From a virus (Duplodnaviria; Caudoviricetes), in the IMG/VR virus record IMGVR_UViG_3300036783_000194, positions 1 to 36,846 of that record: 36,846 nucleotides of DNA; one strand, written 5' to 3'. The notes below the pieces were generated by a model. That model saw only the letters and a list, made by a program, of their open reading frames with translations, was not told the origin of the DNA and made no database searches. The position numbers were made by a program, and so were the translations under genes. Position 1 is the first letter of the stretch, and each line of letters starts with the position of its first letter. Positions 34,728 to 36,846 of the stretch are shown piece after piece.

Positions 34728-35222
34728 ATGCTTACTTGGTTCGCTCTCCAGGTCCGACACGGCAACCGGGAGCGGCGCGTGCAGGGGCAATTGCGGGAAC
34801 TGGCGATTGAGGAATTTCTTCCGCTGTACACGGTCCAGAGTAAATGGAGCGATCGCATCAAAACGATGGAACGGCCGTTATTTCCTGGCTACCTGTTCGC
34901 GCGGGTGGATCCGGAGGCGGGCGACGTGGTGAAGCTGCTCGAGCTCCGGCCGCATATTCTACTCTTACCTTCAAACCTGGCGCCGGAGGCGGTCGCCGAT
35001 GCGGAAGTGGATACCATCGCGAAGCTCTGCGCCTCGGCGCTTCCCCTGCTGCCGGCCGAATATAAGCGCGGGCAAGCGGTCAAGATTCAACGCGGCGCGC
35101 TCGCCGGCGTCGAGGGCATCGTGTCAAAAGTGCGGACTCATTACCGCCTGGTTGTGAACGTCGAGATTTTCCATCGCGCCGTCGAGGTCGAACTCGACGC
35201 GGAAGCGGTCGCGGGGCTCTAA
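34728..35222 (+). CDS. NusG paralogue, UpxY/RfaH-like antiterminator
   Basis: WFALQVR..ERRV, EEFLPL...KWSDRIK..ERPLFPGYLF (NGN domain); GQAVKIQRGALAGVEG (KOW). Confidence 0.9.
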   Translation: MLTWFALQVRHGNRERRVQGQLRELAIEEFLPLYTVQSKWSDRIKTMERPLFPGYLFARVDPEAGDVVKLLELRPHILLLPSNLAPEAVADAEVDTIAKLCASALPLLPAEYKRGQAVKIQRGALAGVEGIVSKVRTHYRLVVNVEIFHRAVEVELDAEAVAGL

Positions 35223-35782
35223 TGCCGGCGAAACGGCGCCGCGGGCTGCCGAAGAAAGGGGCTTTCCTGGCTGCCTACGTCCGAACGGCCTCGATCACGA
35301 AAGCGGCGCGCGCGGCGCGCATTGAGCGGGCTCTCCATTATCGCTGGCTGGTGGATGATCCGGAGTATCCGGCGCAATTCGCGGCCGCACAACGCGAAGC
35401 GGCGCAAATTCTCGAGGATGAGGCGATACGGCGCGCGAACGAGGGGGTACTTGAACCTCTCACGTACAAGGGGCGATTCCAGTACAAAACGCGGCCGAAG
35501 CGCGGCGCGGATGGCGCGATCGTTCACGAGGGCGGCCGGCCGGTCTTGGAAGAGTACGGCGCGCCTCTGGCCATTCGGAAGTACTCGGACGGCATGATGA
35601 TGTTCTTACTCCGCGGCTTCCTGCCGGCGAAGTACCGCGAAAATTCCTCGGTCGAACTCTCCGGGCCGGCCGGCGGATCCATTCCGGTCGCGGATCCGCG
35701 GCTAGCGGAGCTCACAGATGAGGAGCTCGAGACGCTCGTAACACTCTCGCGGAAGCTCGAACCTGAAACGCCGGTATCATGA
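35222..35782 (+). CDS. terS: Terminase small subunit
   Basis: FLAAY..TASITKAA..A.I.R..HYRW...DPEY, LEDEAIRRA.EG, KYSD..MFLL..PAKYR and ELSGPAGG motifs. Confidence 0.8.
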   Translation: MPAKRRRGLPKKGAFLAAYVRTASITKAARAARIERALHYRWLVDDPEYPAQFAAAQREAAQILEDEAIRRANEGVLEPLTYKGRFQYKTRPKRGADGAIVHEGGRPVLEEYGAPLAIRKYSDGMMMFLLRGFLPAKYRENSSVELSGPAGGSIPVADPRLAELTDEELETLVTLSRKLEPETPVS

Positions 35783-36342
35783 CTCCTCGCCTCCGGGCGC
35801 TTATTGAGTACGCGCTCACGGCCGCGATCGTGAGTATGTGCGCCGGCGTAATGTGCGCGGTCGCCATAACGTTCGATGTGCACTCGGCGCGGCTCGAACA
35901 AGAGCGGGCGGATGTCGAATCGCGGCGCGAAACTGGCCGCCGGCTCGATCAACTGCTCTGGAAGGTAGATACTGCGCTCGAGATAGGCGCCGCGGCGCGG
36001 CTCGATCTCGGGAACCTGCTCACGCGGTTACGCGCGCAAGTGAAGCAATCCGCGGACTCGAGCGCGGCCTCCTCGAAAACGCAGACACAAGCGGCGACGG
36101 TCGCGGTTACAAAAGCTCTCGACACGACGACGCGGGCGATTCAAGCGGTGGGCGACGCGCCGAATAAGACGCCGGAAGAAACGCCGGCGCCGGCCGCGGA
36201 CCGGCCTGTAACGGTCAACGTTCCGCCTCCTACCGTGATTTCGCCTCCGGCCGCGGCGCCGCGGGTGCAGGTGCAAGAGCGGCCGCCGGAACGTCGCCGG
36301 CGCTGGTATACGTTCCTCTGGCCTGGCAACTGGCGGCGCTAA
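35779..36342 (+). CDS. Membrane-anchored coiled-coil protein with Pro-rich tail (possible spanin-like)
   Basis: N-terminal TM segment followed by helical and Pro-rich regions. Confidence 0.5.
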   Translation: MTPRLRALIEYALTAAIVSMCAGVMCAVAITFDVHSARLEQERADVESRRETGRRLDQLLWKVDTALEIGAAARLDLGNLLTRLRAQVKQSADSSAASSKTQTQAATVAVTKALDTTTRAIQAVGDAPNKTPEETPAPAADRPVTVNVPPPTVISPPAAAPRVQVQERPPERRRRWYTFLWPGNWRR

Positions 36343-36627
36343 ATGGCAGATGAAAAAACGCCGTCGCTCGGCCTGTGGGTGGAATGGAGTCTAAAAGTCG
36401 GGCCTCTGCTCGCTTCCGGCGTCCTGTTCTTCTTCACGCTGTACAGCAATCAGACGGCGATGATCAAACACGACGGCGAAGTTGATAAGCGGCTAGCGGA
36501 GCTCGAGCGCGCGGCGAACATGCAAGATCGGGAGCTCACAAACCGGCTCGCCAAAATTGACGCGGCGCTTTCTGAGCTCAATCACGATTTGCAGTTTTAC
36601 CAGCAAACCCGGAGTAATGGGAGATGA
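36343..36627 (+). CDS. Small TM plus coiled-coil protein (possible holin-like)
   Basis: VGPLLASGVLFFFTLY hydrophobic segment then heptads. Confidence 0.5.
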   Translation: MADEKTPSLGLWVEWSLKVGPLLASGVLFFFTLYSNQTAMIKHDGEVDKRLAELERAANMQDRELTNRLAKIDAALSELNHDLQFYQQTRSNGR

Positions 36628-36719
36628 TCTGGCACATTGGCCGCGGCTGTGCGGCCGGCGTCAAGTTCCGCGGCCGCGGCCGGCGGCGCGCTTGGATGAG
36701 TGTGAAATTGTCGAGGATC

Positions 36720-36846
36720 CGGCCGGCGTGCTCGCGGCGCTTATCCTCGATGTCTGTTTAGTACTTGTAACCAACTCTTTAGGAGCTATATACATGGATT
36801 CGATCACCGGACAACAGAACCCGGCGCAAAGGCAAAAGCGACACCG
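36720..36846. repeat. Terminal direct repeat, copy 2 (identical to 1-127)
   Basis: Exact match to the window start. Confidence 0.95.

Noticed and set aside
1-36846. tRNA, rRNA, CRISPR arrays, IS transposases, attP core
   Set aside because: None recognisable by eye; tRNAscan-SE, Infernal and host comparison would be needed to exclude them formally.

Overview
The window is an apparently complete, circularly assembled, GC-rich genome of a P22-like (podovirus-type) tailed phage. It has about 36.7 kb of unique sequence, and positions 1-127 repeat at 36720-36846. The + strand from ~1 to 21.1 kb carries a split large terminase, portal, scaffold, P22-family coat, head-tail connectors, tail fibre, GNAT, 2OG-Fe(II) oxygenase, three ejection proteins (the largest with a DdrB-like ParB domain) and a beta-helix tailspike. 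The rest carries a divergent promoter switch, a PD-(D/E)XK exonuclease, a FimB-like tyrosine recombinase, a FliA-like sigma factor, a wHTH replication-initiator-like gene with iterons, a degenerate HNH, a NusG/UpxY paralogue, TerS and small membrane proteins. I recognise no canonical integrase, CI repressor, DNA polymerase or endolysin. The host is tentatively Acidobacteriota (inference only). The most striking observation is a separate gene (26614-27042, minus) encoding a twin-arginine signal fused to a shortened copy of the phage's own coat N-terminus, conserved at protein level. Other highlights are a genome-wide strand polarity of short motifs (GGGC common, GCCC almost absent), a terminase split by a repeat-flanked antisense ORF, a 16-22 bp site shared by the rep gene and the terL upstream region, a scaffold with its terminal helix motif at both ends, and a signal peptide on the tailspike. 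All product calls come from motif recognition by eye; no searches were run.
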